Source of the DNA: Octopus vulgaris
Taxonomy: Eukaryota
DNA length: 64,000 bases
Assembly: GCA_951406725.2 (NCBI GenBank)
Contig: OX597820.1
Coordinates: forward strand, 69,998,001-70,062,000
Reading direction: 5' to 3'
The notes below the pieces were generated by a model that worked only from the letters and a program-made list of their open reading frames with translations, was not told the DNA's origin and ran no database searches. The position numbers and the translations under genes are program-made. Shown in pieces: positions 13,928-27,074 of the stretch. Numbering within the stretch: the first letter of the stretch is position 1; each line of letters starts with the position of its first letter.

Positions 13928-15102
13928 GAAATTTCGAAAATTCAAGAAAAGCAGCGCAGACGAGGAAAGTCAGCAATCAAATATTCATGGCAGCCAGCTA
14001 ATGAGTGGAAACGAAGAGTGTAAAGATATAGGTTGATAAGCATCAAAGTATAAGAAGGAGAGAAAGAAAGAATGAAATGCAGAGAGAGAGCAAGAGGGGG
14101 AAAGCGAGAGGGTGAGGGAGACAAAGAGAGCGGACAAGCCGCAGGCTAATGTCAATTCCATTCTGTATAGTCTTCTTTATGATCTCATAGTTTTGTAGCT
14201 TCTCGACACTTTTCTGTTGGTCCTCCACGTCGTTATTATACAGAAAGCGGATTATGTTCCTTCTTGTTAGCACTTCAGATCGATTAAACAACATCGTTTC
14301 AGACATATAAGAACGAAGTTCATAAACCCAAGTCCTCGGTGTTTTTAAAACTTATCTTAGCCGTCGTAAAGTGTCAGCGACAAAAGTAATAAAGGCAACG
14401 CATTTGAAAATTGTCTGTCTGTCTTTTACCATTCGCTTTTACAATGCTAATGTACTAAGTTTTGCGTACGTCTCTCTATGAGTGATACCCTATGTGTGCT
14501 GTTGAGAGTGTGTACATGTGTGTATGCTTGCAGTGTGATTGGGAGTGTGAGAGAGAGAGAGAGAGACAAAGAGAGACACAGAAACAGACAGACTGGAAGA
14601 AAGTACGTGAGCCCGCGTGTGTACGTACCTATATGTGTACTTCTGTGTGTGTGGTGTGTGATTGTCAGTTTAAATTTCTGTGTATGAAGATGCTAATATT
14701 GACTATATGTATGAAATCATTTGCGAAGAAAATAAGACAAAACAAGGTTACGGCGATAGCTTTTAATGCCGGTTTTGGCTCTAATCAATACGTACATACA
14801 CCTCCACGTCTATACACCTACACATGTACATACACACTCGCACGCGTGCATACTGAAATAATATATGTTTCTCAAATACAACAAAGAGTATTTTGCAGTA
14901 AACATGAGGAAAAGGTTCGATAGTCATAAATAAATCGAGAACAGTCGTTCCCAGCCGGGGTCCATATGATTCTTGAAGGCCCATACAAGACTTTGTTGTC
15001 AAAATTGATGCAATAAAATGGGTTATACTTCTACAGTGCATCAAATATTTTAATATTTCTACACAATTCTTAATAATAATTAATTATTTTAAAAAATATA
15101 AT

Positions 15103-15290
15103 GGGCGCGGCAGTGGCTGTGTGGTAAGTAGCTTGCTTACCAGCCACATGGTTCCGGGTTCAGTCCCACAGCGTGGCACCTTGGGCAGGTGTCTTCTACT
15201 ATAGCCTCGGACCGACCAAAGCCTTGTGGGTGGATTTGGTAGACGGAAACTGAAAGAAGCCCGTCGTATATATGTATATACGTATATATG

Positions 15291-15374
<84 letters not shown>

Positions 15375-15580
15375 GTGTGTGCGTCTGTATTTGTCCTCCC
15401 AGCATCGCTTCACAACCGATGGTGGTGTGTTTACGTCCCCGTAACTTAGCAGTTCGGCAAAAAAGACCGATAGAATAAGTACTGCGCTTACAAAGAATAA
15501 GTCCCGGGGTCGATTTGCTCGACTAAAGGCGGTACTCCAGCATGACCGCAGTCAAATGAATGAAACAAGTAAAAAGAGAA
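15103..15580 (+). mobile_element. SINE family 1, full length
   Basis: GGCGCGGCAGTGGCTGTGTGGTAAG...GGTTCAGTCCC head, internal (TA)n, conserved tail. Confidence 0.9.
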
Positions 15581-15639
<59 letters not shown>

Positions 15640-16190
15640 CGTGTATATATACGTCGCTCATTTTCATATGTTTGCTATGTCAACTACACACATCTTTTAT
15701 CCTTTACTTTACTATTTTCAGCTTGAAACCTCCTCTGATATGTGGTATTTGTTAAATGAGAGAGTTTGGTGTTGCTAACCTCATCAGCGTATCTTTGAAG
15801 ACACCGAGAGACTTTTGAGGAGAATATTGAAGAGCTGTGAGCTCTCAAAACCCAAGATGTAGTCTCTGGTCCTGTAACCTGATGGCAATTTTTGGATTTT
15901 TGGCACTATGCATTGGCGTCCCGTCTGCTATTGGTGTAACTTTCAGTGCGAAAGTTTGTTAGAAGTTTTTCTAAGATTTTCCAGATGTATATCACTGTAT
16001 ATTTTCCCCGCCTTCGTTTTAGGGAATAGAATTATAACTTTTCAGCTTCTCCCAGGAGCTGACAGGTCACATTGAGGCGATCTGTATGTAGCTTCGCTGG
16101 GTTGCTTCGAGTTCGGTCGTTAACTTTACAGTGTACTGACCATAACTGGGAGAAGTGATGTAAACAGTTGGGAACAGATATGTGCGCGTT

Positions 16191-16222
<32 letters not shown>

Positions 16223-16532
16223 GTAGAAATATGTTACGAAAAGAAAATATAAAATACACTGGAAATGTAAGGGTAAAATATGAAAAATCAACGAAAATGC
16301 ATATTGCAAATAGAAATAGGCTGTTTATCACAAGTAGTGACAAATATATACATTTAGATTGACTGAATTAGTAATACTTTATTATCATCTTATAATCATC
16401 TCATAATAATGGCCTTTATGACTCGTATTACTACTTCAGTCAATCTAAATGTATATATTTGTCACTACCTGTCATAAACAGCCTATTTCTATTTGCAATA
16501 TGCATTTTCGTTGATTTTTCATATTTTACCCC

Positions 16533-16572
<40 letters not shown>

Positions 16573-16686
16573 TAGTTATCGCCAAGCTAATATGGTAGTC
16601 CATAAATATAAGACTAAAGCTGCCGTTGATTAGCTCCAAGAGACCATCGCCTCTAGCTAGCTATATGACACAGATATGTGCGCGTT

Positions 16687-16760
<74 letters not shown>

Positions 16761-16771
16761 ATATTCATATA

Positions 16772-16822
<51 letters not shown>

Positions 16823-17035
16823 GTAGAAATATGTTACGAAAAGAAAATATAAAATACACTGGAAATGTAAGGGTAAAATATGAAAAATCAACGAAAATGC
16901 ATATTGCAAATAGAAATTGGTTGTTTATCACAGGTAGTGACAAATATATACATTTAGATTGACTGAAGTAGTAATACGAGTCATAAAGGCCATTATTATG
17001 AGATGATTATAAGATGATAATAAAGTAAGAGAATA

Positions 17036-17077
17036 AAACGAACCAGTGGTTTACGCCGTGAAGGCTATTCATCGTTT
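17036..17077 (-). ncRNA. Hammerhead-like motif, variant core (family A pLTR)
   Basis: AAACG-ATGAATA-GCC ttcac GGC-GTAA-ACC act GGT-T-CGTTT. All three stems pair, but the core deviates from CUGANGA/GAAA. A second copy lies at 17713-17754 (+). Confidence 0.4.
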
Positions 17078-17218
17078 GAACAACACAGGTTAATATACGG
17101 TCTCAAGTCTAATAGTTCCTGAGAAAAAAGATTATTTGTAAGGGAGGTAAGTAGTTCTGGAATTAGAGATGTGAGAGATGTAGGTAGTGTATAGGGTTTA
17201 GTGGTTTCAAGTGAAGAG

Positions 17219-17615
17219 TTAGTGGTGTTCTGTATTGAGTTGTGTGTTCATATTTAGTTGGGAGAGAAATTTGTTGATGAAAAATGTCTCTTTATTCAGC
17301 CTTTGTTGCATTGTGGTGTTCTGTGAGCATTGGTAAAAGTGGAATATTTGGAAATTGGGATTAAGATTCCTGGCGCATCTTTCTATGTGTTCACTCACTT
17401 TTAACTGTCTGTATTGTGGGTGACGGATTTGCTCTTTGTGAAAGGTGATTCTTTGACGGAGCGAAATTCCTGTTTGTCCAATATAGAGTTTACCACATCC
17501 TATGCATGTCATGACATAGATTACATTTGCTGAGGCGCAGGTGAAATTTGATTTGATCTTAAATATTTCTCCTTGTTTGAATTGGAATTCTGAACCCTCC
17601 AGAAGGTGGGGGCAT
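17219..17615 (-). pseudogene. GIY-YIG endonuclease C-terminal fragment (Penelope-like)
   Basis: C(ASA)NVIYVMTCIGCGKLYIGQTGISLRQRITFH...VSEHIERC...RLNKETFFINKF, a typical PLE GIY-YIG motif set. Confidence 0.88.
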
Positions 17616-17920
17616 CCCTTACAAATAATCCAGAACTACTTACCTGCCTTACAAATAATCTTTTTTCACAGGAACTATTAGACTTAACACCGTATATTAA
17701 CCGGTGTTGTTCAAACGATGAATAGCCTTCACGACGTAAACCACTGGTTCGTTTTATTCTCTTACTTTATTATCATCTTATAATCATCTCATAATAATGG
17801 CCTTTATGACTCGTATTACTACTTCAGTCAATCTAAATGTATATATTTGTCACTACCTGTCATAAACAGCCTATTTCTATTTGCAATATGCATTTTCGTT
17901 GATTTTTCATATTTTACCCC

Positions 17921-17964
<44 letters not shown>

Positions 17965-18129
17965 TAGTTATCGCCAAGCTAATATGGTAGTCCATAAATA
18001 TAAGACTAAAGCTGCCGTTGATTAGCTCCAAGAGACCATCGCCTCTAGCTAGCTATATGACACACGAACCTGTGTCCATTATAACCTTCGAACAGGGGAG
18101 GTCAGTCGCTTCCCCTTGCTGGTCAGACA

Positions 18130-18172
18130 TCTGCAGACATGTTTCAGGGTATTTGCTCTTTATCAATGCAGA
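18130..18172 (-). ncRNA. Minimal type I hammerhead-like motif (family B)
   Basis: TCTGCA-TTGATAA-agagcaaataccct-GAAA-CAT-GTC-TGCAGA. Confidence 0.55.
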
Positions 18173-18527
18173 GTAGCCAGACCCAGCAGGCGTCGCTACT
18201 AACCGTAGATGTCTGACCAGCAAAGGGAAGCGGCTGACCTCCCCTGTTCGAAGGTTATAATGGACACAGGTTCGTGTGTCAAATAGCTAGCTAGAGGCGA
18301 TGGTCTCTTGGAGCTAATCAACGGCAGCTTTAGTCTTATATTTATGGACTACTAAATTAGCTTGGCGATAACTATTAATATCCAGTACCGCTGCCGTAGT
18401 CTCCTTTAGAAAGACTTAGAAATTTTTATATTTCTATTTTTGAAAACCAGTGGATGTATTCCACTGAAATTAGGTAAATAATCCTTCGAACAGACGGTTA
18501 GTAGCGACGCCTGCTGGGTCTGGCTAC

Positions 18528-18570
18528 TCTGCATTGATAACGGGCAAATACCCTGAAACATGTCTGCAGA
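18528..18570 (+). ncRNA. Minimal type I hammerhead-like motif (family B)
   Basis: TCTGCA-TTGATAA-cGGGcaaataCCCt-GAAA-CAT-GTC-TGCAGA. 6-bp stem I, palindromic stem III ACATGT, core UUGAUAA in place of CUGAUGA. Confidence 0.6.
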
Positions 18571-18788
18571 TGTCTGACCAGCAAGGGGAGGCGGCTGACC
18601 TCCCCTGTTCGAAGGTTATAATGGACATAGGTTCGTGTGTCATATAGCTAGCTAGAGGCGATGGCCTCTTGGGGCTAATCAACGGCAGCTTTAGTTTTAT
18701 ATTTATGGACTACCATATTAGCTTGGCGATAACTATTAATATCAAGTACTGCTGCCGTAGTCTCCTTTGGAGAGACTTAGAAATTTTA

Positions 18789-18819
<31 letters not shown>

Positions 18820-18837
18820 TGTATATCTTTTTATCTA

Positions 18838-18894
<57 letters not shown>

Positions 18895-19964
18895 ATATAT
18901 ATATATATATATATATAGGGCAATGACCTACTACTGGTAGACACGCAATCTAAAACAACCTGAACAAACTCGAGCCGCTGGCGACAAAGCCGTCAACTAT
19001 CAATCGTCACCCACAGCCCCAGCAAGCTCGGTTAGATGAATGGATATTTTTTTTCTTTTGGCAGGGGTGAGGGTTATTTTATTGGGACACCTTGCAAGAT
19101 GAAAAACAAATTATCAGAGGACAGATGAACTGAATAGACTCAATGACCACCTAAATAAAACATCTATATTATTATTGTTGTTGTCGCTACTGCTATTATT
19201 ATAACAACCAACTATCGGGAATTATAACAAACACTATCGGGAATTGTGTTTATTGATTTATATATTTTTCTGGATTTTATTTTTATATCTTTTTCATATA
19301 TACTTGTTGTTGTTTCTCCTTTTGATTAATGAACCCCATCACCACCACCGCCAGTTTTTTTGTTGCATTTTGACTTTTAACATAGACATCAATGTGTTGG
19401 GCCATTGTGACAGATAAAAGAAATCATGATTATTATAAATAAGTAAATGAGTGGAAACGTTACCGGTGGATGTGTTAAATAATAAGGCACTAAACGAGAA
19501 TGACTCTTCCCAGGCACAACAAAATATGCTTCAACGCACGAACTCACATAAAGAATCTTGCAAACCAAATCCAAAAACGAAATGAATATTATAGTTAATC
19601 ATTGAATCATAGAACCCTTTCCTACTGGCTGACAACTGGTAACAACAACAACAACAACAACAACAATAATTCTTTGGGATTTAAATAATTCACCTCTGGA
19701 AACATAGGTGTTTTGTTCAGCATCCTTAAACAAAACTTATTTAGGGACCTTTTGAGCAGGATGGACTACTCAACCTGAAAACAATTCTAACTGGCCCCAC
19801 CTGCGAGGTCATGCGCTGTTTATCTTGAGATCATTATGTCGCCCACATATAGCTGTGATGCATGTGCCTGGTGTAATACCGCTAAGCATGTTGTCTAGTG
19901 TGCTAACAATTCTGCTAACACGCGGCCTTATTCATAATAATAATAATAACCCTTTATATAATAA

Positions 19965-20175
19965 TCCTTTCTACTTTTGGCACGAGGCCTGAAATTTGGG
20001 GCGTGGAAGTGGGATTAGTTGATTACATGGACACCCAGTACATATTCTATCGACCCCGAAATGAAGAAAGGTAAAGTCGACCTCGGCGGAATTTGAACTC
20101 GGAAAGTGAAAACGGACGACGTGCCGCTAAGTATTTTGCCCAGCGCGGTAACGATTCTGCCAGCTCGCCACCTTA
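19965..20175 (-). mobile_element. SINE family 2
   Basis: Match to family 2. Confidence 0.75.
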
Positions 20176-20212
20176 ACAACAACATCAATAATAATGATCA
20201 TGATAATAATAC

Positions 20213-20243
<31 letters not shown>

Positions 20244-20446
20244 AATAACAATAATAATGATGATGATGATGATGATGATGAGAAGAAAAAGAAGAAGAAG
20301 AAGAACAACAACAACAACAACAACAACTACAACTACAACATCAACGTGGAGGAAAAAGAAAAAGAAGTAGAACAACAAGGAGGAGGAGGAGGATGTGGAG
20401 GAGGAAGAAGAAAAAGAAGAAGAAGAAGAAGAAGAAGAAGAAGAAG

Positions 20447-20476
<30 letters not shown>
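20176..20476. repeat. Compound trinucleotide microsatellite (AAT/GAT/AAC/GAA)n
   Basis: Directly visible. Confidence 0.95.
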
Positions 20477-20477
<1 letters not shown>

Positions 20478-20959
20478 GATGGAAGGATCAAAGTGGGAGG
20501 AGGGAGATAGGGTGGAATAAACGGGGTAAAGGTGGAGAGAAGAAGTCTAGCGTATAAGCTAATCAAGCTTCGTAACATGAGCAACAGTAAGGTGTGTTAG
20601 TTAACGTGATTTCAGTGTGTAGCAGGGAGGCAAACCTTATTAAGATTAGGGAATTAGCATAGAGTTACTTCCCTTTGCTTTTTCGATTGAATTAATGAAG
20701 AATACAAGGAAATTTTTTGTTTCCTTTCTTTTACCTTATATTTTTTGTGCGTGATTCGGCCTCGATGATATTCTGGTCGACCAGACCTATAAATAAATGC
20801 GTTCCAGTTATGACCACTACGTCTATTATTCTAACATGATTTATCAAGGACTACATACACCAACATATTTTACTCATTTCCAGACGTTCGGTTTTTCTTT
20901 TTAAGGGAGAATTGTTTACTATTTCGAACACGTTTTAGAGGCTCACTTGTTGGCTTCCG

Positions 20960-21856
20960 TTCTGGGTTCGAATCTCGCCGAGATCAGTTTTATTTTTCGT
21001 TCTCCTTCGCTCGATAGAACCAAAACCCAATCAAGCAGTGAGTTTGCCTTGATCAATTAATTGTTCCCACCTCGACAAAAATTGTGTATTTGTGGTATTG
21101 TGTCTATAGGAGAAAAAATTAATTCTTTCTAATTTGGGCACAAGGCCAGCAACTTTAAGAGGAAGAGACAATTCGATTACCTCACTCCCCAAGTTGGTAA
21201 CTAGTATTTTATTAAACGACTCCGAAGGAATGGAAAGCAAAGTTGACTTCGGCCGAATTTAAAACAACGTATAGCTGGAAGAAATGCCGCTAGGCATTTT
21301 AGCCAACGTGCTAATAATAATAGAATGCCAGTTTCGAGATGTTATCTTCCGTTCTTTGTCCTTTTTTTTATTTTTGGTGTTGTTTTTGTTACCTTATTTT
21401 AAAACTGCGTCATTTAGAGCATTCCACGAATGCACGGTTAAGTTATTTCACATCATCATTTACAGAGAGGCAAAGTTACAGGGACGTAACAACAAACCAA
21501 CGCCGATTGTCAAGCGATGAGGTACAAAATCGAACACAAATACACACACACACATATTTACTTAGAAGACACCAATGTGCTACGCAGTGGGACTGAACCT
21601 GGATCCATGAGCCTTGAAATCAAACTTCGTACGATACAACCAATCCTACACCTATTTGTAGTTTGTATTTATTTATCCGACAAGTTATACTGGAGCACCA
21701 CCTTCAGTCGAACAACTCGATCCCAAGACTTATACTTTGTAAGCCTAGTACATATTCTACCAGTCTCTTTTAGCGAACCGATAAGTTACGGGGACGTAAA
21801 CACACCAGCATCCGTTGTGAAGCGACGGTGAGGAGACAAACACATACACACAAACA

Positions 21857-21860
<4 letters not shown>
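20960..21860. mobile_element. Degenerate SINE family 2 and family 1 fragments
   Basis: Family 2 remnants about 20960-21020 (+) and 21125-21315 (-). Family 1 remnants about 21480-21650 and 21690-21860 (-). Confidence 0.6.
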
Positions 21861-21891
<31 letters not shown>

Positions 21892-21901
21892 GCACACACA
21901 T

Positions 21902-21963
<62 letters not shown>

Positions 21964-21967
<4 letters not shown>

Positions 21968-22140
21968 GGTGATTCAAAAGTTGCCATACATGAGAACAAT
22001 TTATTTTTTTAGAAGAAACAGTTTTACCTAGATATAAGATAAATTTTTCATGTTTGTTGCACTCACACGTCTTTGCCAGTATATACGCAGTGAAGCTTTA
22101 CTATAGCGTCGTAAATGTATCGACTGCTACTTCCCTTAAA
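21964..22140. mobile_element. Possible Tc1/mariner terminal fragment
   Basis: TA-CAGGGTGATTCAAAAGT start resembles a Tc1/mariner TIR. No partner TIR seen. Confidence 0.35.
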
Positions 22141-22167
22141 TATTAGTTCCTTGTTGTACAATTAATC

Positions 22168-22219
<52 letters not shown>

Positions 22220-22379
22220 CATATGCATATATATAAACATATATACACGCATATATGAGTACAGGACACCAAAGGGACGTCGAACACTTAGAGAAACGAA
22301 AACATAGACACAAACCGCGATCCTACGACCGCGAGTCCGCTGCCCTAACCACTAGGCCATTGCGCCTCCACACACACAC

Positions 22380-22878
<499 letters not shown>

Positions 22879-23119
22879 TATATATATATATACATACACA
22901 CACGACGTTAGTATAATAAATTAGGTTAATCGTTTGACTTTTCCTCAGCAATAATGCCTATGAACAACTCATCATCAACAGCGAGAACAACAACCAATAG
23001 ATATTATGTTCTCGACTCATACCACCGGTTGCCTGGTTTCCATGGCGTATAAGTCAGTATGATGACAACAATCTCGCTGAATGGTACGCCGGGCTGTTGC
23101 GGGGTCCAAGGCAAGCTAC

Positions 23120-23580
23120 TAGGGTGGAGAAAAAGTTTGTGCACCGTGTTAAAATAATGATTTTTTACGCTATAATTTATTAAAAAATACAACTATTCTT
23201 CAAAATGAAGGCCATTATTTTCCATAACCTTCTGCCAACGATGTGCAAGCTTTCCGATTTGGTCAAAGTGCCAATCCTTCGGCTTTGAATCGAAACATTT
23301 TTGACTCAAATCGGCGACCTTTCATAAAGTGCTGCATTGGTCGGGAGAGACTATGGTCAGATGGAGCAACGTCTGGACTATTGGCTGGATGCAGTATTAC
23401 TTCGACACCGTCCAGTTCTTCAATCTTGTTGCTGCTCTTTCTGGCGGTATGCGGCTTTTGAAACAAAGCGCGTTTTCGACGAACAAGCGTTGGATACTTT
23501 TCAACCAGCGCATTGTAGACTCGGTGAAGTTACTCGCAGTAAAGTTCAGCGTTGATGGCGCAACCATAATATGTTGAGGA
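23120..23580 (-). pseudogene. mariner transposase 3' fragment
   Basis: EVILHPANSPDVAPSDHSLSRPMQHFMKGRRF is a degenerate HPPYSPDLAPSDY mariner motif. Confidence 0.8.
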
Positions 23581-23778
23581 GAAAAGACAAGACGATTACA
23601 CTGAGTCCAGTATTTGACTGGCACTTTATTTCATTGACCATGAATGGATGAAAGACAAGCGGTAAGTTGATAGAATCGTTAACGCGTCGGGCAAAATGCT
23701 TAGCCGAATTTCCCTCGGCTTTTTACGCCGCTGAAGTCGACTTTGCCTTTCATCCTTTCGGAATCGGTAAAATAATAT

Positions 23779-24271
23779 CATTATTTACATTGGACGGATA
23801 TGCATCCTCATCTTGTTTGTTGTTAGCATAACGTTTCGGCTGATTTAATCTCCAGCCTTTATCAGGTATCCTGATGGAATTTTGAACCCAACCCTAAGTT
23901 ATTATTATTATTATTATTATTCAAGGCACTGCCTGGAATTGAACTTGCAATTGAACTCGCGCTCTTAACCATTACGCTATATACCCGTAGGTAATTATAG
24001 AGTGAATTTTAGGTAATTTAGAGTGAATTCTTCCTTAATACGGTTCTCGTATTCTACTCACATATGCACTAGGTCTGCTTACGAGGTTATTGTGGCCTAG
24101 CATATGTGCTGTCTCTTTTAGTTTCCATATTTTCCAGTGGTTTTCTCTGTCTATTATTTATATTATAATGTCTGTTCTGCCGAAACGTTGTGGTAACAAC
24201 AAACAAGATGAAGACACGTATCCGTCCAATGTAAATAATGTACAGAATTCTTCATCTTTAAAATATAGAAC
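23779..24271. mobile_element. PLE-derived element with inverted terminal arms
   Basis: 23779-23840 is the reverse complement of 24179-24240. The left arm continues into a hammerhead motif. Confidence 0.65.
23826..23870 (-). ncRNA. Minimal type I hammerhead ribozyme, degenerate
   Basis: gatac-CTGATAA-aGGCTGg agattaaa tCAGCC-GAAA-C-GTT-atgc. Stem II is intact, stem III is the palindrome AACGTT, there is one core change and stem I is weak. Confidence 0.55.
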
Positions 24272-24469
24272 AAAACAAATATCAGTTTAGTACTGAAGCC
24301 TATGTATTTGCCAAGTCAATTCTTTCACATTTCAGGCCTTGTGTCTATGCTAAAAATATGTACTGCGCTGGGTGTAATCGGCTTACACCCTCTCCCGAAC
24401 TTCTTGGTCTTGTACCAAAATTTAAAACAAATAATCAAAGACATTCATTTATCCATTTTCTCCTCCCAA

Positions 24470-24740
24470 TATTCCTGGGAGGATTGTAGGTATGGAGTCT
24501 CCAGGCACCGTCTGGAGACTCTATACCTACAACCCTCAGATGCAACCACCATTCCACTTTCCGGATGGTTTCTCACACATAACCATCTGATAATGGATAT
24601 TCCAGCCATCTCGTTTTTTATCTTCGCCTTGGTCTTCTGTCGGTTGACTCGCCCTGAAGAATCCGTCTTGCAATTCTTTCTTGTGACATTCTAACTTATC
24701 CGTAGTACCGGAGCTACGGCGTAACAATGCTGAGAAATAA
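24470..24740 (-). pseudogene. RTE-clade LINE 3' fragment, decayed
   Basis: Manual translation gives LRYYG*VRMSQERIARRILQGESTDRRPRRR*KTRWLEY, matching the RTE C-terminal pattern LRxxGHV..R..RGRP..RW. Confidence 0.65.
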
Positions 24741-24844
24741 GTACACGACATGAAGAAACTCCTCTATCTCCGAACTATGCGCCCTGTCGAATAATGACAT
24801 TCCAGGGATAAATAGTGTTGCATATAAATGTTAGTGTTATTTAC

Positions 24845-25039
24845 AGGCGCAGGAGTAGGTGTGTGGTATGTAGTTTGCTTACCAACCACATGGTTCCAGG
24901 TTCTTTCCCACTGCGTGGCACCTAGGGCAAATGTCTTCTACTATAGCCTCGGGTCGACCAAAGCCTTGTGAGTGGATTTGGTAGACGGAAACAGAAAGAA
25001 GCCCGTCGTATACATGGATATGTGTGTGTGTGTGTGTGT

Positions 25040-25101
<62 letters not shown>

Positions 25102-25305
25102 TTGTGTGTCTGTGTTTGTCTCTCAACATCGCTTGACAACCGGTGGTAGTGTATTTACGTCCCCGTAACTTATCGGTTCGGCAAAAGAGAGACCGAAAGA
25201 ATAAGTACTAGGCTTCACAAAGAATAAGTCCTGGGGTCGATTTTCTCGACAAAAGGCGGTGCTCCAGCATGGCCACAGTCAAATGACTGAAACAAGTAAA
25301 AGAGA
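24845..25305 (+). mobile_element. SINE family 1, full length
   Basis: Match to family 1 with internal (TG)n. Confidence 0.9.
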
Positions 25306-25339
25306 AAAAAAAGATATCTTTTTATATTATTACTTTGTA

Positions 25340-25870
25340 ATTCTTTTCTGGTTTCAGTCATTAGACTACGACCATGCTGGGGCAGAGCTTTGAAGAAATT
25401 TTATCAAACGAATAGACCCAAGTACTTATATTTTTAATTCTGGTTATTTAGTTGGTCTCTTAGGCCTAACTGCTAGATCATAGGGACGTAAAGATACCAA
25501 CACCGATTGTCAATCGGCGGTGGCGGAATAACACACACAACATAAGTATGTGTGTGTGTGCGTGTGTGTGTGTCTGTGACAAGATTCTTACATATTCCGT
25601 TCACTAAACCCACTAACAAAATTTTGGTCGGCCCGACGTGATTTTGATCACTGAAAATATTGGTTTCAAACGTTGGCACATGCCCAGTAGTTTCGTGAGT
25701 GAGGGATTAGTTGATTGCATCGACCCTAGTACTCGAGTGGTACTTATTTTATCGACCCCGAAAAGATGAAAAGCAAAGTTGGCTGACTTCGGCAGAATTT
25801 GAACTCAGAACATAAAGACGGACGAAATGCCGCTAAGCATTTCACCCGGTGTGTCAACGAATCTGTCAGC
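25340..25870 (-). mobile_element. Degenerate SINE family 1 and family 2 copies
   Basis: Family 1 about 25340-25640, family 2 about 25670-25870. Confidence 0.65.
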
Positions 25871-25971
25871 TCTATACCCTGCTCTATACTCCATTTCTCT
25901 GTATGTAACACATAATGATATTATTAGATAATTAAGCACTGTTTTATTATATGATTGCTTCTGCTAATTAA

Positions 25972-26280
25972 GTGGAGGCTCAATGGCCCAGTGGTTAGGG
26001 CAGCGAACTCACGGTCGGAGGATCGCGGTTTCGATTCCCAGACCGGGCGTTGCGTGTGTTTATTGAGCGAAAACACCTAAAAGCTCCACGAGGCTCCGGC
26101 AGGGGGTGGTGGTGGCCCCTGTTTCTCCACAACTTTCTCTCACTCTCTCTTCCTGTTTCTTGAGTAACGCTGCGATGGACTGGTGTACCGTCCAGCTAGG
26201 GGGAACACATACGCCACAAAAACCGGGAAACCGAGTCCATGAGCCTGGCTAGGCTTGAAAAGGGGCGACGTTTACCGTTA
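25972..26280 (+). mobile_element. tRNA-derived SINE (family 3, tail type c)
   Basis: Same head and body as 22572, different tail (gcgatggactgg...gaaaccg). TSD tctg(c/t)taattaa at 25960 and 26281. Confidence 0.85.
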
Positions 26281-27074
26281 TCTGTTAATTAATGTAACGA
26301 ACATCCTATGATATGTATTGTTTTCTGTAGAGGCCATCGACAAGTAAATGATAACGGCTTTGAGAGAAGAATTTCAATTCTAGCAAAAATCGTTAGTATT
26401 GGTAAGTTTTATATCTAAGTTTCCATTGGATGGATGTCATTGGTAACTTGCGGTTGATCGAATATTTTGTAAAGTGGTGTTTTGTTTCTAAAGATTACTA
26501 TCCAATTTTAGGAAAATATGGCAATCATAGTTTTGCTCGTATAACAAGGTCATATTCGATAATTTGCGTTGCTTGCGTTGGAACTAACAATTTCAGAATG
26601 TTGATTGAACGCCTCAGGAAATGCAAGGATTTCTTCATTTGACTTAATCGGTTTATTATCGTATGAGTTTAAGAAAGAAAAAAGTGAATTCTCTCTTGGG
26701 GGACAAGGTTTTCAAATATATTGAAATTATTCATGTTCAGACCCATCCAAAACTATTAAATAATCAAGACATCAAATCTATCTGCTGTCTGTCCGTTTGT
26801 CACTCTCACTTGAGAGATAGATTAAAAGATAGTTAAACAAATAAGCGAGAGAGAGTCATAACATATGTGAGTGTTTTGCGGTGTTTCTTTTGAGTGTCTA
26901 TGCTCAAAGTTCAAATTCTGCCTACATTAACTTGGCTTTTTATTTTTCTCGGAAATAAACTAGCAGTCAAGAATTGAAGTCGATGTTATCAACTACAACC
27001 TCTCCCCTCATAACTAGAGGCCCTGTGTCAAAGCCACGAATCACTCACGCACGTGCGCGCATACATATATGATG

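Larger units (their letters stand above)
16170..17921 (-). mobile_element. Penelope-like element family A with inverted and duplicated pseudo-LTR segments
   Basis: GIY-YIG fragment flanked by about 290-bp inverted arms (about 16870-17160 and 17630-17921). Further partial copies lie at 16221-16375 and 16377-16533. Confidence 0.8.
17960..18790. mobile_element. PLE-derived non-coding element family B: one inverted plus two tandem copies
   Basis: 17960-18206 (-), 18207-18490 (+) and 18493-18790 (+) are mutually homologous. Another partial copy lies at 16570-16670. Confidence 0.75.

Noticed and set aside
14942-15075. hAT-like end cagtcgttcccagccgggg
   Set aside because: No partner TIR or TSD found.
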